The notes under the pieces are model-generated. The model saw only the letters and a program-made list of their open reading frames with translations. It searched no databases and was not told where the DNA came from. DNA of 19,097 bases from Clostridia bacterium. Its GTDB lineage: Bacteria > Bacillota > Clostridia > Oscillospirales > CAG-272. The DNA lies in assembly GCA_017453005.1 (NCBI GenBank), contig JAFTKY010000092.1, positions 1-19,097 on the forward strand. The letters run 5' to 3'. Below are positions 1 through 8,252 of the stretch, piece by piece. How positions within the stretch are numbered: the first letter of the stretch is position 1; every line of letters starts with the position of its first letter. The position numbers and the translations under genes are program-made.

Positions 1-42
1 GGTTATGAGCCGGTAGCTCTAACCAACTGAGCTAATGGCCCG
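1..42 (-). tRNA. Partial tRNA with CAU anticodon (tRNA-Met or tRNA-Ile2/lysidine type). Only the 5' half, through the anticodon loop, lies inside the window.
   Basis: The reverse complement of 1-42 reads CGGGCCATTAGCTCAGTTGGTTAGAGCTACCGGCTCATAACC. That gives an acceptor 5' arm, a D-arm GCTC/AGTTGGTTAG/GAGC, an anticodon stem ACCGG and a loop CTCATAA with anticodon CAT (complement of plus-strand 5-7). The 3' half lies beyond the window edge. Confidence 0.75.
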
Positions 43-75
43 TCTTTTGACGGTGCGTTTTTTCAACGCTTGATT

Positions 76-104
76 ATTATACTACATCAAAATTCATTTG
101 TCAA
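76..104 (-). promoter_or_regulatory. Sigma-A/sigma-70 consensus promoter driving the minus-strand tRNA.
   Basis: The minus strand reads TTGACA (complement of 99-104), a 17-nt spacer, then TATAAT (complement of 76-81). An AT-rich UP-like tract lies upstream at 105-160. The predicted transcription start is about 26 nt before the tRNA 5' end at 42. Confidence 0.6.
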
Positions 105-216
105 TAGTAAATCTCAAAAAATCCTCAAAAAAATAAAATTTTCTTTTATTGCTGTTTATATGGGTGTTCCCTTCTTTATTACATCTCCCCAAACCCCACA
201 AATTTTCAAAAAACCC

Positions 217-245
217 TTGACAAACGTGGGATATGGTGCTAAACT
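217..245 (+). promoter_or_regulatory. Sigma-A-type promoter of the aromatic amino acid operon.
   Basis: TTGACA at 217-222, a 17-nt spacer, then TAAACT at 240-245 preceded by TGc (extended -10 like). It is the only good promoter upstream of the leader and the DAHP synthase gene. Confidence 0.55.
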
Positions 246-276
246 ATTGATATAAAGAAGGAAAGTGAGACTTGAT

Positions 277-333
277 ATGCACAGCTCTATATTCACATTT
301 GCATATTATTACTTTTACTATTTTATGGACTGA
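277..333 (+). CDS. Candidate 18-aa leader peptide MHSSIFTFAYYYFYYFMD, rich in Tyr and Phe (attenuation leader).
   Basis: ATG at 277 is preceded by GAAGGAAAGTGAG (257-269). The codons are CAC AGC TCT ATA TTC ACA TTT GCA TAT TAT TAC TTT TAC TAT TTT ATG GAC TGA. Ten of 18 codons are Tyr or Phe. It lies between the promoter and a terminator hairpin, upstream of genes for Phe/Tyr biosynthesis. It is too short to appear in the six-frame ORF track. Confidence 0.5.
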   Translation: MHSSIFTFAYYYFYYFMD

Positions 334-392
334 TAATAGTAAAGGTGATTTTTGCTGCGTGAATTGCATACCGAGATTATATGATCTTAAAC

Positions 393-434
393 GGTACTTC
401 ACAGTAAAGTCGCTGTGGAGTACCCTTTTATTTT
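393..434 (+). terminator. Intrinsic terminator-like hairpin in the operon leader (attenuator).
   Basis: Stem GGTACTTCACAG (393-404) pairs with CTGTGGAGTACC (413-424), 12 bp with one G-U wobble. The loop is TAAAGTCG. It is followed by TTTTATTTTCATTT at 426-439. It sits 60 nt downstream of the leader-peptide stop and 65 nt upstream of the aroG-type start. Confidence 0.6.
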
Positions 435-498
435 CATTTGCTTTCCTCCCCCGCGACGCATATACGCACTTTATATATAAATGAAAGGAAACCACATC

Positions 499-1497
499 AT
501 GATTGCAGTACTTAAGAACGGAACAAGTCAAAAGCAAATTGACAGCCTTATAAATTGGATAGAGTCTCAGGGACTCTCCGTCCACCTTTCCGCAGGTGAA
601 TATCAGACCATCGTAGGTCTTATCGGTGACACGACGAAAATCGACGAGGACCTTCTCCGGAGCCTTGATATAGTTGAGACGGTAAAGCGAATTTCCGAGC
701 CCTTCAAGAGCGCGAACAGAAAATTCCACCCCGACAACACTGTCGTCAAGGTCGAGGACACAAGCGTTGGCGGCAACATATTCGCTGTCATGGCAGGCCC
801 CTGCTCGGTTGAGAGCCGCCAACAGGTTGTTGAGATAGCAAAGGCAGTCAAGGCGGCAGGTGCGACAATGCTCCGCGGCGGCGCATTCAAGCCCAGAACC
901 TCGCCCTACGATTTCCAGGGACTTAAGGCAGAGGGTATAGAGTACCTTCTCGAAGCAAAAAAGGTAACGGGACTTCCCATCGTCACCGAAATAATGAACG
1001 CCGCACATCTTCCCATGTTTGAGGAGGTCGACGTCATTCAGGTTGGCGCGAGAAATATGCAGAACTTTGAGCTGCTCAAGGAGCTTGGCAGAACGAAAAA
1101 GCCCATACTTCTCAAGCGCGGACTTTCGTCCACTATCAAGGAATGGCTCATGTCCGCAGAGTACATAATGGCAGGCGGCAACGAGAATATCATCCTCTGC
1201 GAGCGCGGAATACGCTCGTTTGATTCGCAATACACGCGCAACGTGCTTGACTTGTCCGCTATCCCCGTACTCCACGAGCTGACACACCTCCCCGTTATCG
1301 TTGACCCAAGCCACGCGACGGGTGCGTCGAGACTTGTCAAGCCCATGGCTATGGCAGCGGCGGCTTGCGGCGCGGACGGACTTATGATAGAGGTCCACAA
1401 CAACCCCAAGGCAGCGCTTTGCGACGGCCCGCAGTCTCTCACACCCGAGCAGTTTGCGGACGTAATGGGCGCGGTAAAGCCCTTGATACTTAAATAA
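499..1497 (+). CDS. aroG: 3-deoxy-7-phosphoheptulonate (DAHP) synthase, type I-beta, with an N-terminal ferredoxin-like/ACT-like regulatory domain.
   Basis: The C-terminal roughly 250 aa has DAHPS/KDO8PS-family motifs (GPCSVES, KPRTSPY, the GxR metal/PEP-binding region). An N-terminal roughly 80-aa extension resembles the Thermotoga-type regulatory domain. The start is chosen at ATG 499, which has AAAGGAAA 9 nt upstream; the ORF-track start at 481 lacks a ribosome-binding site. Confidence 0.9.
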   Translation: MIAVLKNGTSQKQIDSLINWIESQGLSVHLSAGEYQTIVGLIGDTTKIDEDLLRSLDIVETVKRISEPFKSANRKFHPDNTVVKVEDTSVGGNIFAVMAGPCSVESRQQVVEIAKAVKAAGATMLRGGAFKPRTSPYDFQGLKAEGIEYLLEAKKVTGLPIVTEIMNAAHLPMFEEVDVIQVGARNMQNFELLKELGRTKKPILLKRGLSSTIKEWLMSAEYIMAGGNENIILCERGIRSFDSQYTRNVLDLSAIPVLHELTHLPVIVDPSHATGASRLVKPMAMAAAACGADGLMIEVHNNPKAALCDGPQSLTPEQFADVMGAVKPLILK

Positions 1498-1529
1498 AAT
1501 TTGCCCTCACGGGCAGTTTGGAGCTATTT

Positions 1530-2378
1530 ATGAAAATAGGAATTGTCGGTCTCGGTCTTATCGGCGGCTCTATGGCGAAGGCTTACAGAGCATACTCCGA
1601 CGAGCATGACTGTGACTTTAAAATATACGCTTACAACAGAAGCCGCGCTATTCTTGATTTTTCCATACTTTCGGGCGTGGTTGACGGCGAGCTGAATAAT
1701 GAGACTATACCCGAATGTGATATAATTTTCGTCAGTCTCTATCCCGAGGCGTCCATTGAATATATGGTAAGGAACGCCCCCCTGTTCGCAGAAAAGACCG
1801 TGGTTATGGACCTTTGCGGAACAAAGCGCGAGATATGCCGCGTGGGCTTTGAGCTTGCAGAGCAGCATAATTTCACCTTTATAGGCGGTCATCCCATGGC
1901 AGGCACTCACAACTCGGGCTATAAATATTCAAAGGCGACTATGTTCCGTGGTGCGCCTATGGTGATCGTGCCTCCCGTATTTGACGATATACGTCTGCTT
2001 GACAATATCAAAAAGCTGCTCCTGCCCGCGGGCTTTGGCAGATTTTCAGTCACGAATGCGGACGATCACGACAGAATAATTGCCTTTACCTCGCAGCTTG
2101 CTCACGTAGTCTCAAACGCGTACGTCAAGAGCCCCACGGCAACCGTACACAAGGGCTTTTCGGCGGGAAGCTACAAGGACATGACGAGAGTTGCGTGGCT
2201 GAATGAGGTCATGTGGACGGAGCTTTTCTTTGAAAACAAGGAGCCTCTTCTCTTTGAGCTTGACAGCATTATAAATTCCCTTTCCGAGTACAGAGACGCG
2301 CTCGCGGACGGTGACAAGGAAAAAATGAAAAACCTTTTGCGTGACGGAAGGCTTGCAAAGGAACAGATAGACGGCTAA
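1530..2378 (+). CDS. tyrA: Prephenate dehydrogenase (possibly arogenate dehydrogenase).
   Basis: N-terminal Rossmann motif IGIVGLGLIGGS, with overall TyrA-family architecture. GGAG lies 7 nt before ATG 1530. The start at 1518 is less likely. Confidence 0.85.
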   Translation: MKIGIVGLGLIGGSMAKAYRAYSDEHDCDFKIYAYNRSRAILDFSILSGVVDGELNNETIPECDIIFVSLYPEASIEYMVRNAPLFAEKTVVMDLCGTKREICRVGFELAEQHNFTFIGGHPMAGTHNSGYKYSKATMFRGAPMVIVPPVFDDIRLLDNIKKLLLPAGFGRFSVTNADDHDRIIAFTSQLAHVVSNAYVKSPTATVHKGFSAGSYKDMTRVAWLNEVMWTELFFENKEPLLFELDSIINSLSEYRDALADGDKEKMKNLLRDGRLAKEQIDG

Positions 2379-2395
2379 AAAAGGAATAGTTAAAA

Positions 2396-3445
2396 ATGAG
2401 AAAACTGACAGTCAGTGCCTCGCGCACGTACGATATAATAATAGGAAGCGACCTGCTTGACTCCGCGGGTGCGCTGTCGGCAAAGGTAATATCTCCTTGC
2501 CGCACAGTCATCATCAGCGACGATACGGTAGCGGCTCTATACTCGGAAAGACTTATAGTCTCGCTGAAGGCGGCGGGCTATACCCCCGAGCTTTTCATCA
2601 TTCCTCACGGCGAGGAATCCAAGTCCGCAGAAAGCTATATAAGGATACTCAACTTCTTGGCAGATATGCAGCTTTCCCGCTCGGACTGTATCTTTGCTCT
2701 CGGCGGCGGTGTCGTCGGCGACCTTGCGGGCTTTGTTGCGACGACTTATCTGCGCGGTATTCGCTTTATACAGATACCTACAACTCTGCTCTCCATGGTG
2801 GACTCGTCGGTGGGCGGCAAGACCGCGATAAATCTCGGTGCGGGCAAAAATCTTGCGGGTGCGTTTTATCAGCCCTCGCTCGTTATCTGCGACTATTCAA
2901 CGCTCGCTACTCTGCCCGACGAAACATTCTCCGACGGTTGCGCCGAGGTCATAAAATACGGCATTATAAACGACAAGCCGCTTTTTGAGAAGCTCAAAAA
3001 TCCCATCCTGCCTCAAATTGAGGATATAATTGAGAACTGCGTTCGCAACAAGCGTGATATAGTCAACAAGGACGAGCGAGACAACGGTGTCCGTCAGCTT
3101 CTCAACCTCGGTCACACGGCAGGACACGCCGTTGAGAAATGCTCGGATTTTGAAATTTCACACGGCAGTGCCGTCGCGATAGGCACGGTGCTTATCACTC
3201 GCGCGGCGGCATCACTCGGCTACTGCACGGCAGACGACGTACAACAGACCGAAGAAATATTCAAAGCATATAACCTCCCGACAAAATGCCCCTTTGACGC
3301 GAAGTCACTCGCAAGTGTAGCGCAGGGAGACAAAAAGCGCGCGGGCGCAAAAATAAACCTCGTAATTCCCTTTGGTATCGGCAGTTGCAAGCTCGTTCCC
3401 ACACCTGTTGAGGAGCTTGAAGCAATATTTTCCAAGGGACTTTGA
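2396..3445 (+). CDS. aroB: 3-dehydroquinate synthase.
   Basis: A 349-aa protein with DHQS-family motifs: GGGVVGDLAGF, a metal-binding HGxxVA region and a GK.N..GAFYQP motif. Confidence 0.9.
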   Translation: MRKLTVSASRTYDIIIGSDLLDSAGALSAKVISPCRTVIISDDTVAALYSERLIVSLKAAGYTPELFIIPHGEESKSAESYIRILNFLADMQLSRSDCIFALGGGVVGDLAGFVATTYLRGIRFIQIPTTLLSMVDSSVGGKTAINLGAGKNLAGAFYQPSLVICDYSTLATLPDETFSDGCAEVIKYGIINDKPLFEKLKNPILPQIEDIIENCVRNKRDIVNKDERDNGVRQLLNLGHTAGHAVEKCSDFEISHGSAVAIGTVLITRAAASLGYCTADDVQQTEEIFKAYNLPTKCPFDAKSLASVAQGDKKRAGAKINLVIPFGIGSCKLVPTPVEELEAIFSKGL

Positions 3446-3460
3446 TTTGGAGCTATAAAC

Positions 3461-4735
3461 ATGAATTACACATTTACGGCAAAAAATACGAAAAACAAAA
3501 TAAACGCGATATCCTCAAAATCCGAGGCGCACAGACTTCTTATCTGTGCCGCTCTCTCGGACGGGGAGACCTGCATTGTTTGTAACGATACAAATCAGGA
3601 TATAGACGCGACCGTCAGCTGTCTCAACGCGCTTGGCGCGTCCATTATCCGCGCAGAGAACGGAGACGGAGAAAAATACTTTAACGTCACACCTATCAGC
3701 GAGATACCCACGCATGCGGCGTTTGACTGCGGCGAGTCGGGCTCTACTCTGCGCTTTCTGTTGCCCGTGGTTGCCGCCCTCGGTATTGAATGCGACATTT
3801 ATATGCACGGGCGTCTTCCCGAGCGTCCCCTCTCTCCTCTTTACGAGCTGCTCACAGAAAACGGAGTGACGCTCTCCCCCCAAGGCTCAAACCCGTTGCA
3901 CGTCAGCGGAAGGCTCAAATCGGGAAATTACGAGATAGCGGGAAATATATCCTCGCAGTTTATAAGCGGTCTTCTCTTTGCTCTGCCCTTTGCGGACGGT
4001 GACAGCACGCTCACCATGACGGGCAAGCTTGAGTCCACCCCGTACATAACCATGACCGAGCAGGCACTTGAGTGCTTTGAAGCTCATATCCGCAACGACG
4101 GTAACGTGTTTTACATTCCAAGGGCGAACAGCTGTGTGGGACTTAACCGTTTTACCACTCCCCACACCGTTTTCGTGGGCGGCGACTGGTCAAACGCGGC
4201 ATTCTTTCTCTGCGCGGGCGCGCTGTCCAAGGGCGGCGTGACCGTGTGCGGGCTTGACGTCACCTCCCCGCAGGGTGACCGCGAGATACTCAACATCTTA
4301 AAGCGCATGGGCGCGGCAATATCCCGCTCCGGCAACTCAATAACGGTCAGCAAGGCAGACCTTTTCGGCATTGAGATAGACGCCTCGCAGATACCCGACC
4401 TCGTTCCCGTCATCTCGGTGGTAGCGTCGGTCGCTATGGGCAAAACCAGAATTTATAACGCCTCCCGTCTCCGCCTCAAGGAGAGCGACAGACTAAGGAG
4501 CGTTTGCGATATGCTCTCGTCCCTCGGCGCGGACATAAAGGAGACCGAGGACGGACTTATCATCCACGGCATAAATAAAAAGCTTACGGGCGGTACCGTC
4601 AGCTCGCACAACGACCACAGAATTGCAATGAGCGCGGCGGTTGCCTCTCTCGTTTGCACGGGTCCCGTAACGGTCGAGGGCATCGAGGCGGTCAATAAGT
4701 CATATCCCTCGTTCATTTCCGATTTTGTAATTTGA
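3461..4735 (+). CDS. aroA: 3-phosphoshikimate 1-carboxyvinyltransferase (EPSP synthase).
   Basis: A 424-aa protein with the EPSPS fold signature, including LFLGNAGTA-like GESGSTLRFL, the RPLSPL region and a C-terminal DHRIAMS motif. Confidence 0.9.
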   Translation: MNYTFTAKNTKNKINAISSKSEAHRLLICAALSDGETCIVCNDTNQDIDATVSCLNALGASIIRAENGDGEKYFNVTPISEIPTHAAFDCGESGSTLRFLLPVVAALGIECDIYMHGRLPERPLSPLYELLTENGVTLSPQGSNPLHVSGRLKSGNYEIAGNISSQFISGLLFALPFADGDSTLTMTGKLESTPYITMTEQALECFEAHIRNDGNVFYIPRANSCVGLNRFTTPHTVFVGGDWSNAAFFLCAGALSKGGVTVCGLDVTSPQGDREILNILKRMGAAISRSGNSITVSKADLFGIEIDASQIPDLVPVISVVASVAMGKTRIYNASRLRLKESDRLRSVCDMLSSLGADIKETEDGLIIHGINKKLTGGTVSSHNDHRIAMSAAVASLVCTGPVTVEGIEAVNKSYPSFISDFVI

Positions 4736-4745
4736 GGTTAAACAA

Positions 4746-5819
4746 ATGACTACCTACGGAAAAAACATAAAGCTTACTATATACGGCGGCTCGCACGACG
4801 AACATATCGGAATGATACTTTCGGGTGTGCCGTCGGGCATAAACATTGATACGGACAAGCTCCTCGCTTTTATGAAGCGCCGCGCCCCCGGGCAGAACGC
4901 GTATTCAACAAAACGCCGCGAGCCCGATATCCCCGTATTTTTGTCGGGTATCGTAGACGGCGTGACAAACGGCGAGGACATTGAGGCTGTCATTTATAAC
5001 ACCAATCACCGCTCGGGCGACTACTCCTCGCTCTGGGATATTCCCCGTCCGTCCCACGCGGACTATACCGCGCGGATAAAGTACGGCGAGGGTGTTGACC
5101 TTCGCGGCGGCGGACATTTCTCGGGCAGGCTTACCGCTCCCATGTGCATCGCGGGCGGCATTTGTCTCCAGATGCTTGAGCAAAAGGGTATTTTCGTCGC
5201 GGCACATATTCACTCTGTTGCAGGTATCAAGGACGCGGAGTTTGACAGCGTAAACGTCTGCCTTGACGATTTCAAGTCACTTGCAAAAAGAGACTTCCCC
5301 ACTATTGACGAGGCGGCAGGTGTCGCCATGCAGGAAGAGATAGAAAGAGCGCGGCTTGACTGCGACTCCGTCGGCGGCGTTATCGAGTGCGCGGCTATCG
5401 GTCTCCCCGTGGGACTTGGCGAGCATATGTTTGACGGCGTTGAGGGCAGAATTTCGGGTATTATGTTCGGTATTCCCGCAGTCAAGGGTGTTGAATTCGG
5501 TCTGGGCTTTGGCTCTGCTGCCCTTCGCGGCTCGCAGAACAACGATTCCTTCTGCACCGACGGCAAAACAATAAAGACAGTCACCAACAACTGCGGCGGA
5601 ATCCTCGGCGGCATGACTGACGGTATGCCTCTTATTTTCCGCGCGGCGTTCAAGCCCACCCCGTCCATTTCAAAAGTACAGCAGAGCGTGTCTCTCTCCC
5701 GAATGGAAAACGTACAGCTTGAAATAGGCGGCAGACACGACCCCTGCGTCGTCCCCCGCGCCGTCCCGGTAGTTGAGGCGGCGTGCGCCATCGCGCTTTG
5801 CGATATGCTTCAAGACTAA
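4746..5819 (+). CDS. aroC: Chorismate synthase.
   Basis: A 357-aa protein with chorismate synthase signatures: GESHG-like YGGSHDEH, the RRAPGQN..S.RRE region and an RHDPCVVPRAVPV C-terminal motif. Confidence 0.92.
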   Translation: MTTYGKNIKLTIYGGSHDEHIGMILSGVPSGINIDTDKLLAFMKRRAPGQNAYSTKRREPDIPVFLSGIVDGVTNGEDIEAVIYNTNHRSGDYSSLWDIPRPSHADYTARIKYGEGVDLRGGGHFSGRLTAPMCIAGGICLQMLEQKGIFVAAHIHSVAGIKDAEFDSVNVCLDDFKSLAKRDFPTIDEAAGVAMQEEIERARLDCDSVGGVIECAAIGLPVGLGEHMFDGVEGRISGIMFGIPAVKGVEFGLGFGSAALRGSQNNDSFCTDGKTIKTVTNNCGGILGGMTDGMPLIFRAAFKPTPSISKVQQSVSLSRMENVQLEIGGRHDPCVVPRAVPVVEAACAIALCDMLQD

Positions 5820-5836
5820 ACTCAAAGGATAAAACA

Positions 5837-6985
5837 ATGGAACTTGATCTGAATAAAATCCGAGAAGAAATAAACGCGACGGACAAAGAGATCGTGGAGC
5901 TGTTCAAGCAGCGCATGAATCTTGCGGCATCCGTTGCGGAATATAAAAAGCAGCACAATCTCCCCGTACTTGACGCGGCGCGCGAGCGCGCTCTGCTCGC
6001 TAAAATTGCGGACATGGCAGGCGAGGAATTTGAAAAATACGCGCTTATTCTCTACCACACGATGATGGACGTATCAAAGTCCTATCAGCACACAAAGCTC
6101 ACCCCCGAGTCGCAGATGTATAACGGCATACAAGCCTCTCTTGACAGAACGCAAAAGGTATTCCCCAAGAAAGCCAAGGTTGCGTGTCAGGGCGTTGAGG
6201 GCGCGTACTCGCAGATAGCGGCAGGAAGATTTTTTGAGCTTCCCGCGATAAATTATTACCCCTCGTTTGACGCCGTATTTTCGGCAATCGAGCGAGGTGA
6301 GTGTCGCTACGGCGTGCTTCCCATTGAGAACAGTACGGCAGGCTCGGTCAAAAAGGTTTACGAGCTTATGATACGCCACAATTTCAATATCGTAAAATCT
6401 CTGCGCCTCAAAATCGACCACAATCTGCTCGTCAGACGCGGCGTAAAGCTTGAAAGCATCAAGGAAATCGTCTCTCACGAGCAGGCAATAAATCAATGCT
6501 CGGGATTTCTCGGCATGCTTGAGGGCGTCAAGATAACGGTCTGTGAAAATACGGCTGTGGCGGCAAAAATGGTCGCGCAGTCCGAAAGAGACGATATCGC
6601 GGCTCTGTCCTCGCGCGACTGCGCCGAGCTTTACGGACTTGAAAATATTGCTCCCGCCGTTCAGGACATGGGCAACAACTACACGAGATTTATCTGCATT
6701 TCCAAGGAGCCCGAGATTTATCCCGGCGCCGACAAATGCTCTATAATGCTCGTCACGGCAAACCGTCCCGGTATGCTTTATAACGTGCTTTCCTGCTTCA
6801 ACGCGCTTGGTATCAATATGACCAAGCTCGAGTCCACGCCCATTCCCGAGCGTGACTTTGAGTCTATGTTCTACTTTGATTTCTCGGTGTCCGTCTACTC
6901 CGACGACCTAAAGCAGCTCCTTTGCGAGCTTGAGGCACGAAGCGAGCGCTTCCGTTTCCTCGGCGCGTATTCCGAAATACTCTGA
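5837..6985 (+). CDS. pheA: Bifunctional chorismate mutase / prephenate dehydratase (P-protein) with a C-terminal ACT domain.
   Basis: The N-terminal roughly 90 aa is an AroQ-class chorismate mutase helix bundle. It is followed by a prephenate dehydratase domain and an ACT domain with an ESTP-like LESTPIPER motif. AAAGGA precedes ATG 5837. The 5783 start would overlap the aroC end and lacks a ribosome-binding site. Confidence 0.88.
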   Translation: MELDLNKIREEINATDKEIVELFKQRMNLAASVAEYKKQHNLPVLDAARERALLAKIADMAGEEFEKYALILYHTMMDVSKSYQHTKLTPESQMYNGIQASLDRTQKVFPKKAKVACQGVEGAYSQIAAGRFFELPAINYYPSFDAVFSAIERGECRYGVLPIENSTAGSVKKVYELMIRHNFNIVKSLRLKIDHNLLVRRGVKLESIKEIVSHEQAINQCSGFLGMLEGVKITVCENTAVAAKMVAQSERDDIAALSSRDCAELYGLENIAPAVQDMGNNYTRFICISKEPEIYPGADKCSIMLVTANRPGMLYNVLSCFNALGINMTKLESTPIPERDFESMFYFDFSVSVYSDDLKQLLCELEARSERFRFLGAYSEIL

Positions 6986-7001
6986 TAACCGAGGCAAGAC
7001 T

Positions 7002-8249
7002 ATGATAACAAACAGAAAAGAACAGGTCTGCGGACTTGTGGGCGAGCGGCTCGGACACAGCTTTTCCCCACAGATACACGCGTGTCTGTGCGACTACTCA
7101 TATTCGCTTTTTGAGATGCCCGAAAGTGAGCTTGAGGGCTTTATCAAGGGCGACGGATACCACTCCGTAAACGTGACTATTCCCTACAAGATGGCGGTCA
7201 TGCCTTATCTTGACGTCATTTCCGAGGCGGCGCAGAAAATCGGCTCGGTCAATACCGTCACACACCTGCCCGACGGCAGGCTGTACGGCGACAACACCGA
7301 CTTTTACGGCTTTATCCATATGATAAAGAGCGCAGGTCTTGATTTGTCGGGCAAGAGCGTGCTTATACTCGGCACGGGCGGTACGTCACGGACGGCAACG
7401 GCGGCTTGTGAGGCTTTGGGTGCGAAAAGCATAAGGCTCGTCTCTCGCAAAGGCGACTTGACCTACGGCAACGCACATACACTCTGCCCCGAGACGCAGA
7501 TAATAATCAACTGCACGCCCGTCGGAATGTACCCCGGCAACCTCGTCTCCCCGATAGATATTCAAAAATTCCCCGCGCTTGAGGGCGTAGCGGACGTTAT
7601 ATTCAACCCCGCAAAAACGCAGCTTTTACTTGATGCGGAAGGGCTGGGGCTGAAAACAGCTAACGGACTTCCCATGCTCGTCGCGCAGGCAAAGCGCGCT
7701 TGCGAGATATTCACGGGCGAGGACATACCCAACAGCGAAATTGACCGTATCACTCGCATAATCGCGGGGCAAACTACGAATATAGTCCTTGTCGGTATGC
7801 CCGGCTGCGGCAAGACCACGGTTGGAAAAATACTTGCGGAGCGTCTCGGTCGCGAGCTTGTTGACACGGACGAGCTTGTAGTGGAGCTTGCGGGCAAGTC
7901 AATTCCCGAAATCTTTGCCGAGCAGGGCGAGGAGGGCTTCCGCGCGATAGAACACACGGCGGTATGCATGGCGGGCAAGAAAAGCGGCGTCATAATTGCC
8001 ACGGGCGGCGGTGCTGTCACACGCCCCGAGAACTACGCTCCCCTGCACCAAAACGGAAAAATTGTTTTTATAACGAGAGACATATCACTTCTGGCAAAGG
8101 ACGGCAGACCGCTCTCGCTCTCGGGCGACCTTCGTGCCATGTACGAAAAAAGACTTCCCTCATACAGAGAATTTTGCGACATCGAGGCGGCAAACACCAC
8201 GCCGCACGAGACGGCAGAACAAATAATAAAAATATTTTTGGAGGACTGA
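7002..8249 (+). CDS. aroE-aroK: Fused shikimate dehydrogenase (N-terminal, about 265 aa) and shikimate kinase (C-terminal, about 150 aa).
   Basis: The N-terminal domain has AroE-like substrate and NADP motifs (VTIPYK, GDNTD, GTGGTSR). The C-terminal domain has the shikimate kinase Walker A GMPGCGKTTVGK followed by a DTD motif. The frame is continuous with no stop between the domains. GAGG lies 7 nt before ATG 7002. Confidence 0.85.
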   Translation: MITNRKEQVCGLVGERLGHSFSPQIHACLCDYSYSLFEMPESELEGFIKGDGYHSVNVTIPYKMAVMPYLDVISEAAQKIGSVNTVTHLPDGRLYGDNTDFYGFIHMIKSAGLDLSGKSVLILGTGGTSRTATAACEALGAKSIRLVSRKGDLTYGNAHTLCPETQIIINCTPVGMYPGNLVSPIDIQKFPALEGVADVIFNPAKTQLLLDAEGLGLKTANGLPMLVAQAKRACEIFTGEDIPNSEIDRITRIIAGQTTNIVLVGMPGCGKTTVGKILAERLGRELVDTDELVVELAGKSIPEIFAEQGEEGFRAIEHTAVCMAGKKSGVIIATGGGAVTRPENYAPLHQNGKIVFITRDISLLAKDGRPLSLSGDLRAMYEKRLPSYREFCDIEAANTTPHETAEQIIKIFLED

Positions 8250-8252
8250 CAA

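Noticed and set aside
50-64. Small hairpin GCGTT-ttttc-AACGC next to the partial tRNA.
   Set aside because: It is only a 5-bp stem. It lies inside the predicted leader of the minus-strand tRNA transcript and is most likely a processing-site structure or coincidence. It was not called as a terminator.
250-440. T-box riboswitch or TRAP-binding leader as the regulator of the aro operon.
   Set aside because: The leader between the predicted start (~252) and the terminator is only about 140 nt. It lacks the T-box consensus (AATTAGGGTGGTACCGCG-like), and no AGAGA/GNUGA stem I features were seen. There is no run of 9-11 GAG/UAG triplets spaced by 2-3 nt for TRAP. A covariance-model search would be needed to fully exclude a degenerate T-box.
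272-484. 70-aa ORF in the operon leader (MICTALYSHLHII...).
   Set aside because: It has no ribosome-binding site, runs straight through the terminator hairpin and the U-tract, and is in a different frame from the ribosome-binding-site-supported 18-codon Tyr/Phe-rich ORF. It is most likely a chance ORF in AT-rich leader sequence.
244-1398. Long antisense ORFs overlapping the aro genes (for example 244-1398 minus, 5210-5791 minus, 7562-8020 minus).
   Set aside because: These are shadow ORFs on the strand opposite well-supported, motif-rich enzyme genes in a GC-moderate genome. They have no ribosome-binding sites and no recognisable protein features.
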